Of a DNA stretch of 64,000 nucleotides, positions 38,034 to 47,104 are shown one piece after another. The notes below the pieces were generated by a model. It worked only from the letters and a program-made list of their open reading frames with translations. It was not told the origin of the DNA and did not search any database. How positions within the stretch are numbered: the first letter of the stretch is position 1; every line of letters begins with the position of its first letter. The stretch is from the IMG/VR virus record IMGVR_UViG_3300017776_000008, positions 731 through 64,730 of that record; one strand, written 5' to 3'. The DNA is from a virus. Taxonomy: Duplodnaviria; Caudoviricetes. The translations under genes were made by a program, and so were the position numbers.

Positions 38034-38704
38034 TGACTTTAGAAATTGATCAAATCCGCACCTACTTTCGCAATGAACTAGAGAATGAAAACTTTACCAC
38101 TGATCGTAATGGTGGTAAAACTATTGAATTGATTGGTGCATCTTTTTATGCAGACGAACCAGCTATCTTTGGTACTCCCAACGAAGAGTATATTAAAGCA
38201 GAGTTGGGTTGGTACGATAGCCAATCTACTAATATCAATGATATCTACGTAGATCGCGATCCACCGCAGGCTTGGCAGATGACCGGCAATCGACACGGTG
38301 AGATTAATTCTAACTATGGCTATCTAATACATTCAAAAGGTAATGGTAATCAATATCAGAACGTTCTTGATGAGCTATGCAAAAACCCAGACTCTCGTCG
38401 TGCATCGATGGTATATCAGCGTCCGTCTATATGGGCAGATTACAATGAGAATGGCAAGAATGACTTCATTTGTACTAACTCTGTGACTTACTATATAAGA
38501 GATGGTAAACTAGATTGTGTAGTTCAAATGAGATCTAACGATGTAATCTTTGGTTATCGCAATGACTACGCATGGCAACGACACGTGCAGTGTCAATTAG
38601 CAGATGATCTAAACAGATGTACATATGTCAAACCAGGACAGATTATTTGGCAAGTACAAAACTTACACGTCTATGACAGACACTTTGACTTGGTAAAACT
38701 ATGA
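38033..38704 (+). CDS. gp42: dCMP hydroxymethylase (T4 gp42-like, thymidylate synthase fold)
   Basis: Motifs NSNYG, DFICTN, MRSNDVIFGYRNDYAWQ, LHVYDRHF. Asp at the dCMP-specificity position (ND-YAW as in T4 gp42) where thymidylate synthase has Asn. Confidence 0.88.
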   Translation: MTLEIDQIRTYFRNELENENFTTDRNGGKTIELIGASFYADEPAIFGTPNEEYIKAELGWYDSQSTNINDIYVDRDPPQAWQMTGNRHGEINSNYGYLIHSKGNGNQYQNVLDELCKNPDSRRASMVYQRPSIWADYNENGKNDFICTNSVTYYIRDGKLDCVVQMRSNDVIFGYRNDYAWQRHVQCQLADDLNRCTYVKPGQIIWQVQNLHVYDRHFDLVKL

Positions 38705-39177
38705 GCGAATTTTATGATTGGGGCGTAAGTAAACATTACCGATGGGATAAGCGATATCTAAATCTTGCTGGTCATATTGCAGCATGGTCAAAAGATCCAT
38801 CTAAAAAGGTAGGTGCAATTGCTGTAGGTTCAAAGGGGCAAGTATTGGCTCAAGGCTATAATGGTTTTCCTAGAAAGATCAATGATTCTGCAGTACTATA
38901 TAATAATAAGGAAAGCAAATACGAACGTGTAGTTCACGCTGAAATGAACTGTATATATAATGCTACCTACAACGGAACGTCGCTAGACGGTTCTACAATG
39001 TATATCCACGGTTTGCCAGTTTGTTCAGAGTGCGCCAAGGGTATTATCCAGGTAGGCGTTAAGCGAGTAGTTACAACAGCGATAGACGATACGATGCCTG
39101 AGAGATGGATCAAGTCTACAGAATTAACCAAACAATTATTTATGGAGGCCGGAGTCACTTACGACTTTATTGCATAA
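38701..39177 (+). CDS. cd: dCMP deaminase
   Basis: Motifs SKDPSKKVGA, GYNGFP, HAEMN, PVCSECAK. Confidence 0.92.
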   Translation: MSEFYDWGVSKHYRWDKRYLNLAGHIAAWSKDPSKKVGAIAVGSKGQVLAQGYNGFPRKINDSAVLYNNKESKYERVVHAEMNCIYNATYNGTSLDGSTMYIHGLPVCSECAKGIIQVGVKRVVTTAIDDTMPERWIKSTELTKQLFMEAGVTYDFIA

Positions 39178-39179
39178 TT

Positions 39180-40013
39180 ATGGAACATTTAATCATACCA
39201 ACTTTAGGTAGAATCAATAAGCAAAAGACTTATAATAACCTACCAGAAAAATGGCAAAAACGGGTTAGCTTCGTAGTTCAACCACACGAAGCTGCACAAA
39301 TGAAAGCACTTTATGGAAGTAAGGTATTAGTCTTACCAGCAGAAATCAAAGGATTATCTCCAACCAGGCAATGGATATGGGATACATTCTATGGTACACG
39401 ACATATGGTGCTTGATGACGATATGGAATACTTTAAGTACAAAGGTCCAGCACCAGAACATCTTGATACCAAATGGGAAACACGAGATATGTCTGACGCT
39501 GAGTTTGATGATGCATTTGAGACTTTTAATCGTTGGTGTGATGATGAACAAATCTATCACGGTGGCTTTTCTACATCGTGGGTAGTACCAGATCTTAAGT
39601 ATTGGCCTGAACAGAATAACGTACGTATTATGACTAACTCATACTTTGATTCTAAGAATTTACCAAGAAACATTGTATGGGATAAGTTACCAACCTCACA
39701 AGATTTCCATGCTAATCTACAGTTACTTACTCAGGGATTTGCTAATAGAATCACAACGCGTTACAGAGTATCAATATCAGAAACCAACGCAAGTGGTGGG
39801 TGTTCAGAATATAGAACAATTGAGTTGAGCAATCAAGTTCATACTCAACTAGCTGAAATGTATCCAGACTACGTTAAGCTAAAAACAAAGACTCTTGCAA
39901 ATGGTCCGTGGAAAGGCCAAGAGCGAGTAACATGTCATATCCAATGGGCAAAAGCTTATAAGGATGCAATTAAAAAGAAAGAAGAGATATCCTTGGAGGG
40001 TTTTTTCGGATGA
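39180..40013 (+). CDS. GT-A fold glycosyltransferase (putative DNA base glycosyltransferase)
   Basis: IIPTLGR, TRQWI, VLDDD (DxD), QDF, SGGCS; C-terminal SLEGFFG. Confidence 0.78.
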   Translation: MEHLIIPTLGRINKQKTYNNLPEKWQKRVSFVVQPHEAAQMKALYGSKVLVLPAEIKGLSPTRQWIWDTFYGTRHMVLDDDMEYFKYKGPAPEHLDTKWETRDMSDAEFDDAFETFNRWCDDEQIYHGGFSTSWVVPDLKYWPEQNNVRIMTNSYFDSKNLPRNIVWDKLPTSQDFHANLQLLTQGFANRITTRYRVSISETNASGGCSEYRTIELSNQVHTQLAEMYPDYVKLKTKTLANGPWKGQERVTCHIQWAKAYKDAIKKKEEISLEGFFG

Positions 40014-41227
40014 GACACGCAGGAATTGTACCACTAATTGGTGGCGAAATATTAGCTTCAGACGAAGCGTATGGTAAGACTCCAGAATACTTAATGACTT
40101 ATTCTGGATTCATGGACAATGAGCAACACTTAATTAAGCATTATAAGAACAAAGGGCATGACATTCCCTATCACGTTCTTGATGAATTGCCTGATGGCGT
40201 TACGATGGAGAACGTTGATGTTGTTTCTTCAGTTTGCCCTTGTGCTGGCTTAAGCACTTACCACAATTCACATGGTGAAGAAAACCAAAACAATCAATGG
40301 ATGGAAAAATCCTCTGAGTACGTACTAAAAGTAATTAAGCCAAAGGTACTATGGGGTGAGAACGCACCAGGCCTAGCAGGTAAGATTGGTGAATTCATGC
40401 GAGAAAAACTTTACAACCTTGGCCAAGAGCATGGTTATAATTTCTCTATCTTTCTAACCAAAAGCCTGCTCCACGGCAACCCACAATACCGTAAGCGTAC
40501 TTTCTTTTTCTTCTGGAAAAAAGACGAGTTTAACAACAGTGTTCCACTGTTTAACTATATTAAGAAAGAACGTCCAACTATTCAAGAGTTAATTCTTAAT
40601 GCAGATACCTCGTTCCAACATGAGATTTTAAATAAGAAAACTCCAAGCAAAGACGACGCTTATTATCGCTATATGCTAGAGGTTGTCAATAACGGAATGA
40701 CTCATGCTGACTATTCTGCCTCAGTTGCTCACGAACACAAATCAGTAACAGTAGAATCTAGATTACTTAAGATGGGAATTAAGCATAACACCATTGCAGA
40801 GTGGATGGATCAGTTCCCACAGTTTGAGCGAGAAGCAGCAAAGGCTAGACGTAAGCATAAAAAGCTAGAATCAGGCGGTGGCATTATGCTTCGTGGTACA
40901 ATCATTCCAGTAAACTATATTGGCGCATACGTAGTTCATCTTCCTAAAGTTGTGGCACATCCGGTTGAAGATAGATATCTTTCTATTGCTGAAGGTAAAG
41001 CTATTATGGGTCTACCTTCAGATCTTGAAGTCGTGGATCCAATGAAAAACTATAATCATATTTGCCAGAACGTTCCATTCTATACTGCAAAAGATATGGC
41101 ACTAGAGGTTCAAGCTTGTCTAAATAAACAAAGGGATTTGATTGATACTAAATACTTATTCCAAAACAATTTAGCACAAAAATATGACTACGATCGAAAC
41201 GATAATAGTCTGGAGAACTTTTTATGA
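40010..41227 (+). CDS. C5-cytosine DNA methyltransferase-fold protein with degenerate SAM-binding motifs
   Basis: Motif IV PCAGLS, VI ENAPGL, VIII PQYRKR, IX RYLSIAE...MGLP are recognisable. Motif I reads VPLIGG and motif X reads CQNVP. Confidence 0.75.
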   Translation: MRHAGIVPLIGGEILASDEAYGKTPEYLMTYSGFMDNEQHLIKHYKNKGHDIPYHVLDELPDGVTMENVDVVSSVCPCAGLSTYHNSHGEENQNNQWMEKSSEYVLKVIKPKVLWGENAPGLAGKIGEFMREKLYNLGQEHGYNFSIFLTKSLLHGNPQYRKRTFFFFWKKDEFNNSVPLFNYIKKERPTIQELILNADTSFQHEILNKKTPSKDDAYYRYMLEVVNNGMTHADYSASVAHEHKSVTVESRLLKMGIKHNTIAEWMDQFPQFEREAAKARRKHKKLESGGGIMLRGTIIPVNYIGAYVVHLPKVVAHPVEDRYLSIAEGKAIMGLPSDLEVVDPMKNYNHICQNVPFYTAKDMALEVQACLNKQRDLIDTKYLFQNNLAQKYDYDRNDNSLENFL

Positions 41228-41955
41228 GAATACTATTAACAGGAACGCAGGGGTATAGAAAAGGATTTATCGGTAATCGATTCCTAGATCTATACAAAGA
41301 CAAATACGATATCGTTGAGTTTGAAGGCGATATCAGAGATGCTCAATGCATTGATTTACGCGAATACGATATGGTAATTCATCTCGCTGCTTTAGCAGGT
41401 GTCCGTAGATCACATGAAATTCCAGAAGAATACTGGCAAACTAATGTTACAGCATCTAAGTACATTTTTGATTCTTGCAGATATTACAAGGTACCTATTG
41501 TATATGCTTCATCTTCGTCAGTGTACGAATGGTGGCAATCACCTTACGCTGCTTCTAAGTACGCTATGGAGGCTTTAGCCCCTGATGGATCTATTGGACT
41601 AAGATTCCACACAGTCTATGGACCAAACAGTAGAACTGATATGCTATACGATATGCTATTAAAGAAAGATCCAAAGCTTTCGTATATCACAGAGCACACT
41701 AGAGATTGGACTCATGTTGACGACGTTTGCTCAGCTATCGCTTTATGCGTAGATAACTATAGCAAGATAGAAGAAAAAGCTATCGATGTCGGTAATGGTA
41801 AACCCGTTACAGTAAAACAAATGGCTGACAAAGTTTGGCCTGGAAATAATTTGCCAGTCAAAGAAGTAACTGGCGAGAGAGAACACACATGCGCAGATCC
41901 AGAGGTACTATTAAGTTATGGATGGGAACCACAACATCATATATTGGAGAACTAA
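41224..41955 (+). CDS. NAD-dependent nucleotide-sugar epimerase/dehydratase (extended SDR)
   Basis: Motifs TG...GFIG, HLAA, ASSSSVY, YAASK, RFHTVYGP, RDWTHVDD. Confidence 0.9.
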   Translation: MRILLTGTQGYRKGFIGNRFLDLYKDKYDIVEFEGDIRDAQCIDLREYDMVIHLAALAGVRRSHEIPEEYWQTNVTASKYIFDSCRYYKVPIVYASSSSVYEWWQSPYAASKYAMEALAPDGSIGLRFHTVYGPNSRTDMLYDMLLKKDPKLSYITEHTRDWTHVDDVCSAIALCVDNYSKIEEKAIDVGNGKPVTVKQMADKVWPGNNLPVKEVTGEREHTCADPEVLLSYGWEPQHHILEN

Positions 41956-41956
41956 A

Positions 41957-42802
41957 ATGAGAATAGCAGTTATTGGCCACGGTTTCGTTGGTAAAGCAGT
42001 AGATTATGGATTTAGTAATCCAGGAGTAGAAAAACGAATACTCGATCCAAATTATGGAACAACATCAGAAGACGTAAGAAATCTAGCTAAATGGAAGCCA
42101 GATCTTACATTCATCTGTGTTCCTACACCTATGCAAGATGATGGCGATATCAATACCGCTATTCTTGACGAGGTAATGGAAGATCTATCTGGAGTATCCG
42201 GTTTAATTGTAATTAAATCGACTATCACTCCATCTACGATTGATAAGTATTCACAATCAAACGTCGTATACAATCCAGAGTTCTTGACAGAACGATCTGC
42301 GTGCGAACAGTTTGTAAATCCAGAGTTCCACATCTTCGGCGGTGAAGAAGAGCAGTGTGAACAATTGGAAAAGTATTACGAAGTGTATAGTTTATGTACG
42401 CCATGTCCATCATTCAAAGTAAATAAAGCTGAAGCAAGTTTCGTAAAGTATGCTATTAATTCTTTCCTAGCAACTAAAGTAACTTTCTTTAACCAGCTAT
42501 ATGATGCATGCAACGCACATGGTAACGTAAACTTTAACCAAGTAATTAAAGCAGTCGGTGCTGACGATCGTGTTAGTATTTCACATACAAAAGTTCCAGG
42601 GTTTGATGGAAAGCAAGGATATGGTGGAGCATGCTTCCCCAAAGACACTCTCGCCTTTTCTAAGTTCAGCGATAAACTTACCCTATTGGCAAAAGCTATT
42701 GAAATTAATAACGCTTACAGATCACAGTACGAACGCGATGAGAGAGAAAAAGAACAAAATATTTCTTTCGACCATGTACAAAGCACCGTATCTGTGATAT
42801 AA
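41957..42802 (+). CDS. UDP-glucose/GDP-mannose 6-dehydrogenase-family protein (short form lacking the C-terminal domain)
   Basis: Motifs GHGFVG, CVPTP, IKST, NPEFL, KYAINSFLATK, GYGGACFPKD. Confidence 0.88.
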   Translation: MRIAVIGHGFVGKAVDYGFSNPGVEKRILDPNYGTTSEDVRNLAKWKPDLTFICVPTPMQDDGDINTAILDEVMEDLSGVSGLIVIKSTITPSTIDKYSQSNVVYNPEFLTERSACEQFVNPEFHIFGGEEEQCEQLEKYYEVYSLCTPCPSFKVNKAEASFVKYAINSFLATKVTFFNQLYDACNAHGNVNFNQVIKAVGADDRVSISHTKVPGFDGKQGYGGACFPKDTLAFSKFSDKLTLLAKAIEINNAYRSQYERDEREKEQNISFDHVQSTVSVI

Positions 42803-42803
42803 T
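42775..42803 (+). promoter_or_regulatory. promoter TGTACA-N17-TATAAT for bS21-uvsX
   Basis: Family match embedded in the 3' end of the dehydrogenase gene. Confidence 0.75.
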
Positions 42804-42830
42804 AGACGATATCATTAAACAGGAGAAGAT

Positions 42831-43073
42831 ATGCCAAGCGTAGACTTAAGACCGAAAGGTAAGAAAAAAGCAATGCCATTTGAAGTGGCTATGAGAAAAT
42901 TCAAGAAGTCTGTAGAACGAGCTGGTACTTTGCAAAAAGCAAAAGAAAAAGAGTTCTATGAAAAACCAACTTCTAGGAAGAAAAGAAAGAAAGCAGAATC
43001 CATTATCAGATGGCGTAAGAAAGAAAGACAACTAGCACAAACTGGTTGGGAACAACCAAGGAGTAGATCATAA
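42831..43073 (+). CDS. rpsU: phage-encoded 30S ribosomal protein bS21
   Basis: PFEVAMRKFKKSVERAG.L....KEFYEKPTSRKKRKK matches the bS21 signature. Confidence 0.9.
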   Translation: MPSVDLRPKGKKKAMPFEVAMRKFKKSVERAGTLQKAKEKEFYEKPTSRKKRKKAESIIRWRKKERQLAQTGWEQPRSRS

Positions 43074-44137
43074 TGTCCGTAATGGATAGATTAAAAAAGA
43101 ATAGTCGAGTCAAAGATACAGCTGTACTTAAAGACTCAGTATTCTTTACAGAAAAAGATATGGTAAAGACTGAAGTACCTATGGTCAATATCGCGCTATC
43201 AGGCGATGTCGATGGTGGTTTAACCTCAGGCCTTACAGTTCTTGCTGGTCCGAGTAAACATTTTAAGACTTCGTTTGCTTTGTTGATGGCAGGTGCATAT
43301 TTAAAAGAGCACGACGATGCAGTACTAATATTCTATGATTCAGAGTTTGGTTCACCACAATCTTACTTCGAGTCATTCGGTATTGACACATCTCGTGTAT
43401 TACACACACCAATTGTTGATGTTGAGCAACTCAAGTTTGATCTTGTAAACCAACTCGAAGAAATTGAACGTAAAGACAAAGTCATTATCGTAATCGATTC
43501 TATTGGTAACCTTGCATCTAAGAAAGAATTGCAAGATGCTAAAGATGAAAAATCAGTAGCAGATATGTCTCGAGCTAAAGCACTTAAAGGCTTGTTTAGA
43601 ATGGTAACACCATATCTAACTATGCGCAATATTCCAATGCTTGCTGTCAATCATACATATCAAGAGATTGGATTATTCCCTAAGGCTATCGTATCTGGTG
43701 GTACTGGTATTTACTACAGCGCAGACAACATCTGGATTCTTGGCCGTCAGCAAGTTAAGAAAGGCAAGGAAGTCAAAGGCTATAACTTTGTGATCAATGT
43801 AGAAAAATCACGCTTTGTGAAAGAGAAATCTAAAGTACCTATCACAGTATCGTGGGACGGTGGCATCGAGCAATACTCTGGCCTACTAGAAGTTGGATTA
43901 GCAGGTGGCTATGTTACTAAACCAAGTATGGGTTGGTATGCTAAAGTAGATCAATCAACTGGTGAACAAATGGACCAGAAGTATCGTGAGAAAGATACTC
44001 TAACTGCTGAGTTCTGGGAACCAATCTTTGCAAATACTAACTTTAAAGAGTTCTTAAAAGCACACTATTCTATTGGTCATAAGCCTATGTTGGAAATCGA
44101 CCTCGACGAAGTAATTGAAGAAGAGGCCAGTGCGTGA
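43073..44137 (+). CDS. uvsX: RecA-like recombinase UvsX
   Basis: Motifs AGPSKHFKT, YDSEFG, DSIGNLASKKE, SGGTGIYYSAD. Confidence 0.96.
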   Translation: MSVMDRLKKNSRVKDTAVLKDSVFFTEKDMVKTEVPMVNIALSGDVDGGLTSGLTVLAGPSKHFKTSFALLMAGAYLKEHDDAVLIFYDSEFGSPQSYFESFGIDTSRVLHTPIVDVEQLKFDLVNQLEEIERKDKVIIVIDSIGNLASKKELQDAKDEKSVADMSRAKALKGLFRMVTPYLTMRNIPMLAVNHTYQEIGLFPKAIVSGGTGIYYSADNIWILGRQQVKKGKEVKGYNFVINVEKSRFVKEKSKVPITVSWDGGIEQYSGLLEVGLAGGYVTKPSMGWYAKVDQSTGEQMDQKYREKDTLTAEFWEPIFANTNFKEFLKAHYSIGHKPMLEIDLDEVIEEEASA

Positions 44138-44487
44138 GCGAAATAACCAAAGATGATTACGCATTAGTAGAAAATGACGGGTCGTTTTATGCAGAGTTCT
44201 ATGGCGTAAAGTTTACTACTGGTAAATACAAAAACATAGTGGTAGTTTATGGTAAAGTAAAAGTACTTGAAGATGAAATAAACGACCAAGCTAAGCTATC
44301 GTTTACTTACGCTATTCAAGATCCAGCTGATTATGACATTGAAGAACTAGAAAAAGATGAAGATTTTGGCGAACATATGGGCGACATACTTACTCATTTT
44401 ATCGCTGAATCACTAGAAAACCAAGAGGCACAAATTGGAACTATCGAATCACCTATCGACATCGATCCTGAGTCATTTACTCAATAA
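44134..44487 (+). CDS. hypothetical protein (T4 gp40/sp position)
   Basis: Acidic protein between uvsX and gp41. Confidence 0.55.
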   Translation: MSEITKDDYALVENDGSFYAEFYGVKFTTGKYKNIVVVYGKVKVLEDEINDQAKLSFTYAIQDPADYDIEELEKDEDFGEHMGDILTHFIAESLENQEAQIGTIESPIDIDPESFTQ

Positions 44488-45826
44488 TGAAGGTTATTGC
44501 CGTAGGGTAATACCATACATTAAAGCTGAGTATTTTGAAGGTACTCATAGAACAGTATTTGATATGATTGTGAAGTTTGTTCATCAGACGAATAAACTTC
44601 CAACGTCTAAAATATTGCAACTAGAGCTAGCTAAAATTAGCGCACCTGAAGAAATACTCAATAGCGCAAGTCAGCTAATCGAAGAAATACACACTAAGAC
44701 TGATGTTGATACTGAATATCTAATTAAAGAATCTGAGAAATGGTGCCGTGATCGTGCTGTCTATAATGCGATCATGGACTCCATTCAGATTATTAATGGT
44801 GATAACAAAGAAAAGTCCGATGGTGCTATTCCAGAAATTCTATCTGATGCTCTCGGAGTATCGTTCGATCAGGCCATCGGCCACGATTACATCGATAATT
44901 CTGCAGAACGCTTTGAGTTTTACAACACAAAAGAAGATAGAATCCCGTTTGACTTGGATTACTTTAATAAGATAACAAAGGGTGGGTTACCTAATAAAAC
45001 ACTGAATATTGCTTTGGCTGGCACTGGTGTTGGTAAATCTTTGTTTATGTGTCATTGCGCAGCATCCATTCTACAGCAAGGTAAGAATGTTCTCTACATT
45101 ACTATGGAAATGGCTGAAGAGCGTATCGCTGAGCGTATTGATGCTAACCTAATGGATCTACCTATTGAACAACTCGAACGAGTGCCAGAAAAAGTATTCA
45201 AAGACAAGATTGCTGCTATTGCTAAAGCAAGTATTGGTAAGCTAATCGTCAAAGAATATCCAACTGGCTCAGCACATACTGGTCATTTTAGAGCACTTCT
45301 GAACGAACTTAAAATGAAGAAGAACTTTAAACCAGATATGATTTATATTGATTACCTAAACATCTGCGCATCAAGTCGTATGAAGGCTATGGGTGGCAGT
45401 ATAAATAGTTACACCTACATTAAAGCTATCGCGGAAGAATTGCGAGGCCTTGCTGTAGAGTTCAATGTTCCAATCATGTCAGCTACTCAGACAACACGTT
45501 CTGGTTTTGGTAACACTGACGTTGGACTTGAAGATACATCGGAATCTTTTGGTTTACCAGCTACGGCAGACTTAATGTTCGCTCTTATATCTACAGAGGA
45601 ACTTGAAGAACTTGGCCAGATCATGGTAAAACAGCTAAAGAACCGATATAACGATCCTACCAAGTACAAAAGATTCGTAGTCGGTATTGATCGCTCCCGC
45701 ATGAAATTATATGATGCAGAAGAGTCTGCCCAACAGGATCTTGTATCGGATCCTGCGGCAGACAAACCAATAGCAACGTGGGGTAACAATGAAAATAAAG
45801 ACACGTTTGCTGAATTCAAAATCTAG
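44435..45826 (+). CDS. gp41: replicative helicase gp41
   Basis: Motifs LAGTGVGKS, ITMEMAEE, IDYLNI, SATQTTRSG, KQLKNRY. Confidence 0.96.
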   Translation: MELSNHLSTSILSHLLNNEGYCRRVIPYIKAEYFEGTHRTVFDMIVKFVHQTNKLPTSKILQLELAKISAPEEILNSASQLIEEIHTKTDVDTEYLIKESEKWCRDRAVYNAIMDSIQIINGDNKEKSDGAIPEILSDALGVSFDQAIGHDYIDNSAERFEFYNTKEDRIPFDLDYFNKITKGGLPNKTLNIALAGTGVGKSLFMCHCAASILQQGKNVLYITMEMAEERIAERIDANLMDLPIEQLERVPEKVFKDKIAAIAKASIGKLIVKEYPTGSAHTGHFRALLNELKMKKNFKPDMIYIDYLNICASSRMKAMGGSINSYTYIKAIAEELRGLAVEFNVPIMSATQTTRSGFGNTDVGLEDTSESFGLPATADLMFALISTEELEELGQIMVKQLKNRYNDPTKYKRFVVGIDRSRMKLYDAEESAQQDLVSDPAADKPIATWGNNENKDTFAEFKI

Positions 45827-45835
45827 GAGATTATT

Positions 45836-46006
45836 ATGTTAAAATGGTTTAAAGAACGTACTGGTGAGAGAACTACCTTAGATGGTATGACACTCATGTT
45901 AATTTGTGGTTCAGTTATTTTGTTTGGCGGTGTTGCAAACTTACTAGCCTGGGCCGGGTTTGCATACGGCATTTACACTACGGTATCATCTGAAGATCCA
46001 AGTTGA
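45836..46006 (+). CDS. 56-aa two-TM membrane protein, holin-like (missed by the ORF track)
   Basis: MLKWFKERTGERTTLDGMTLMLICGSVILFGGVANLLAWAGFAYGIYTTVSSEDPS; AGGAG SD. Confidence 0.6.
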   Translation: MLKWFKERTGERTTLDGMTLMLICGSVILFGGVANLLAWAGFAYGIYTTVSSEDPS

Positions 46007-46039
46007 GACCAAATTTAAGAGATTAGTCTCTTGTAGCCC

Positions 46040-46085
46040 TGTACAAAATCCTTATATGTTGATATAATAGTACCATAAATTAATC
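46040..46085 (+). promoter_or_regulatory. early-type promoter TGTACA-N17-TATAATAGTACCATAAATTAATCA
   Basis: 24-nt identity with the 22742 promoter from the -10 onward; inverted repeat AAGAGA-ttag-TCTCTT upstream. Confidence 0.8.
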
Positions 46086-46101
46086 AAAGGATATTTACAT
46101 T

Positions 46102-46443
46102 ATGAAAGACTTAATTGAAAAAACCCAAGAGCTCATCTCGATCATGGAGAAACAATTACATGATCGTTTTGAGCACACCAGAGATACCGAAAGGTATACC
46201 TTCCAAGAAGGTCGTAACTATATCAAGATTATCAGAGAATCTGATCGTTACGACAGAGTTTCTCAATCCGTAGCTGGTTTTATCGTTAAGAAAGCTCCTA
46301 AAAAGCTTGATAATAAAACTAAGGCTCCATTTCAAATTGGCGATATGTTGATGGCTGCTGGTTTTAACAAACCTGCTACTAACTTCGCTAGAGGTAATGT
46401 TTTTAATTATGATCCAGCTGATATCCGCTGGACGGGGATTTAA
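46102..46443 (+). CDS. conserved early phage hypothetical protein
   Basis: GRNYIKI...FI...GDMLMAAGFNKPA..ARGN pattern seen in many phage early proteins. Confidence 0.7.
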   Translation: MKDLIEKTQELISIMEKQLHDRFEHTRDTERYTFQEGRNYIKIIRESDRYDRVSQSVAGFIVKKAPKKLDNKTKAPFQIGDMLMAAGFNKPATNFARGNVFNYDPADIRWTGI

Positions 46444-46445
46444 TT

Positions 46446-46634
46446 ATGAGTTTAGATATTCTTGAAAGTGCGTTAAAAAGTCAATCAACTTACGTTTCAT
46501 TTGAAGATGGAACGGAGTGGATTGCTCCCATTGAAGCTTTCTCTGTACTAGATAAGTATTTTTGGGAATTGGTAAACCATAGGCCAGTAAAGGCTATGGA
46601 TATGGGTCATGATTCTAAATTTTTGGGAGCATAA
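46446..46634 (+). CDS. hypothetical protein
   Basis: ORF in an early operon. Confidence 0.55.
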   Translation: MSLDILESALKSQSTYVSFEDGTEWIAPIEAFSVLDKYFWELVNHRPVKAMDMGHDSKFLGA

Positions 46635-46635
46635 T

Positions 46636-46800
46636 ATGAGTAAACTAAAGGACGTTTTATTTGATTCAGTTGAAACTATGAGCCTTGAGGAGTTTATCCT
46701 CGAGTGTTCTAATCTATTCGGCGGTGATGAATACGAAGCCAGATCATTCTGGTATCAAAATAATGTTGGAAGTGATATAGGTATTGATTATGAGAACTAA
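46636..46800 (+). CDS. hypothetical protein
   Basis: GGAG SD before ATG 46636 (MSKLKDVLF). Confidence 0.55.
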   Translation: MSKLKDVLFDSVETMSLEEFILECSNLFGGDEYEARSFWYQNNVGSDIGIDYEN

Positions 46801-47104
46801 TTCTTTTATTTTTACAGCTGATGTAAAGTCGGCTGCTGATATGCAACAGATTGAAATGTTGAGAAATTCAATTAAAGCTGTTAATAAAATGGCTAAGCAA
46901 ACTGATACAATGAATCAATATCGCTGTGAGCATGGTTATGATGATTGGAAAGATGTTACACCTAAGTATCGTGTTTCCTTAATGGCACGCGGTCCACGCA
47001 GAGCAGCTGCTATTGCTGATGGCCGTAGTCCAAGAGCTTATGATTCATGTCTTCCACTAAGACACGCCGAAAGAATTGACGTATATGTCCATAATGCTCG
47101 ATAG
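46784..47104 (+). CDS. hypothetical protein
   Basis: YRVSLMARGPR...AERIDVYVH. Confidence 0.6.
   Translation: MIMRTNSFIFTADVKSAADMQQIEMLRNSIKAVNKMAKQTDTMNQYRCEHGYDDWKDVTPKYRVSLMARGPRRAAAIADGRSPRAYDSCLPLRHAERIDVYVHNAR

Noticed and set aside
38033-38704. Ordinary thymidylate synthase
   Set aside because: The RNDYAWQ motif with Asp and the DFICTN motif match dCMP hydroxymethylase, not ThyA.
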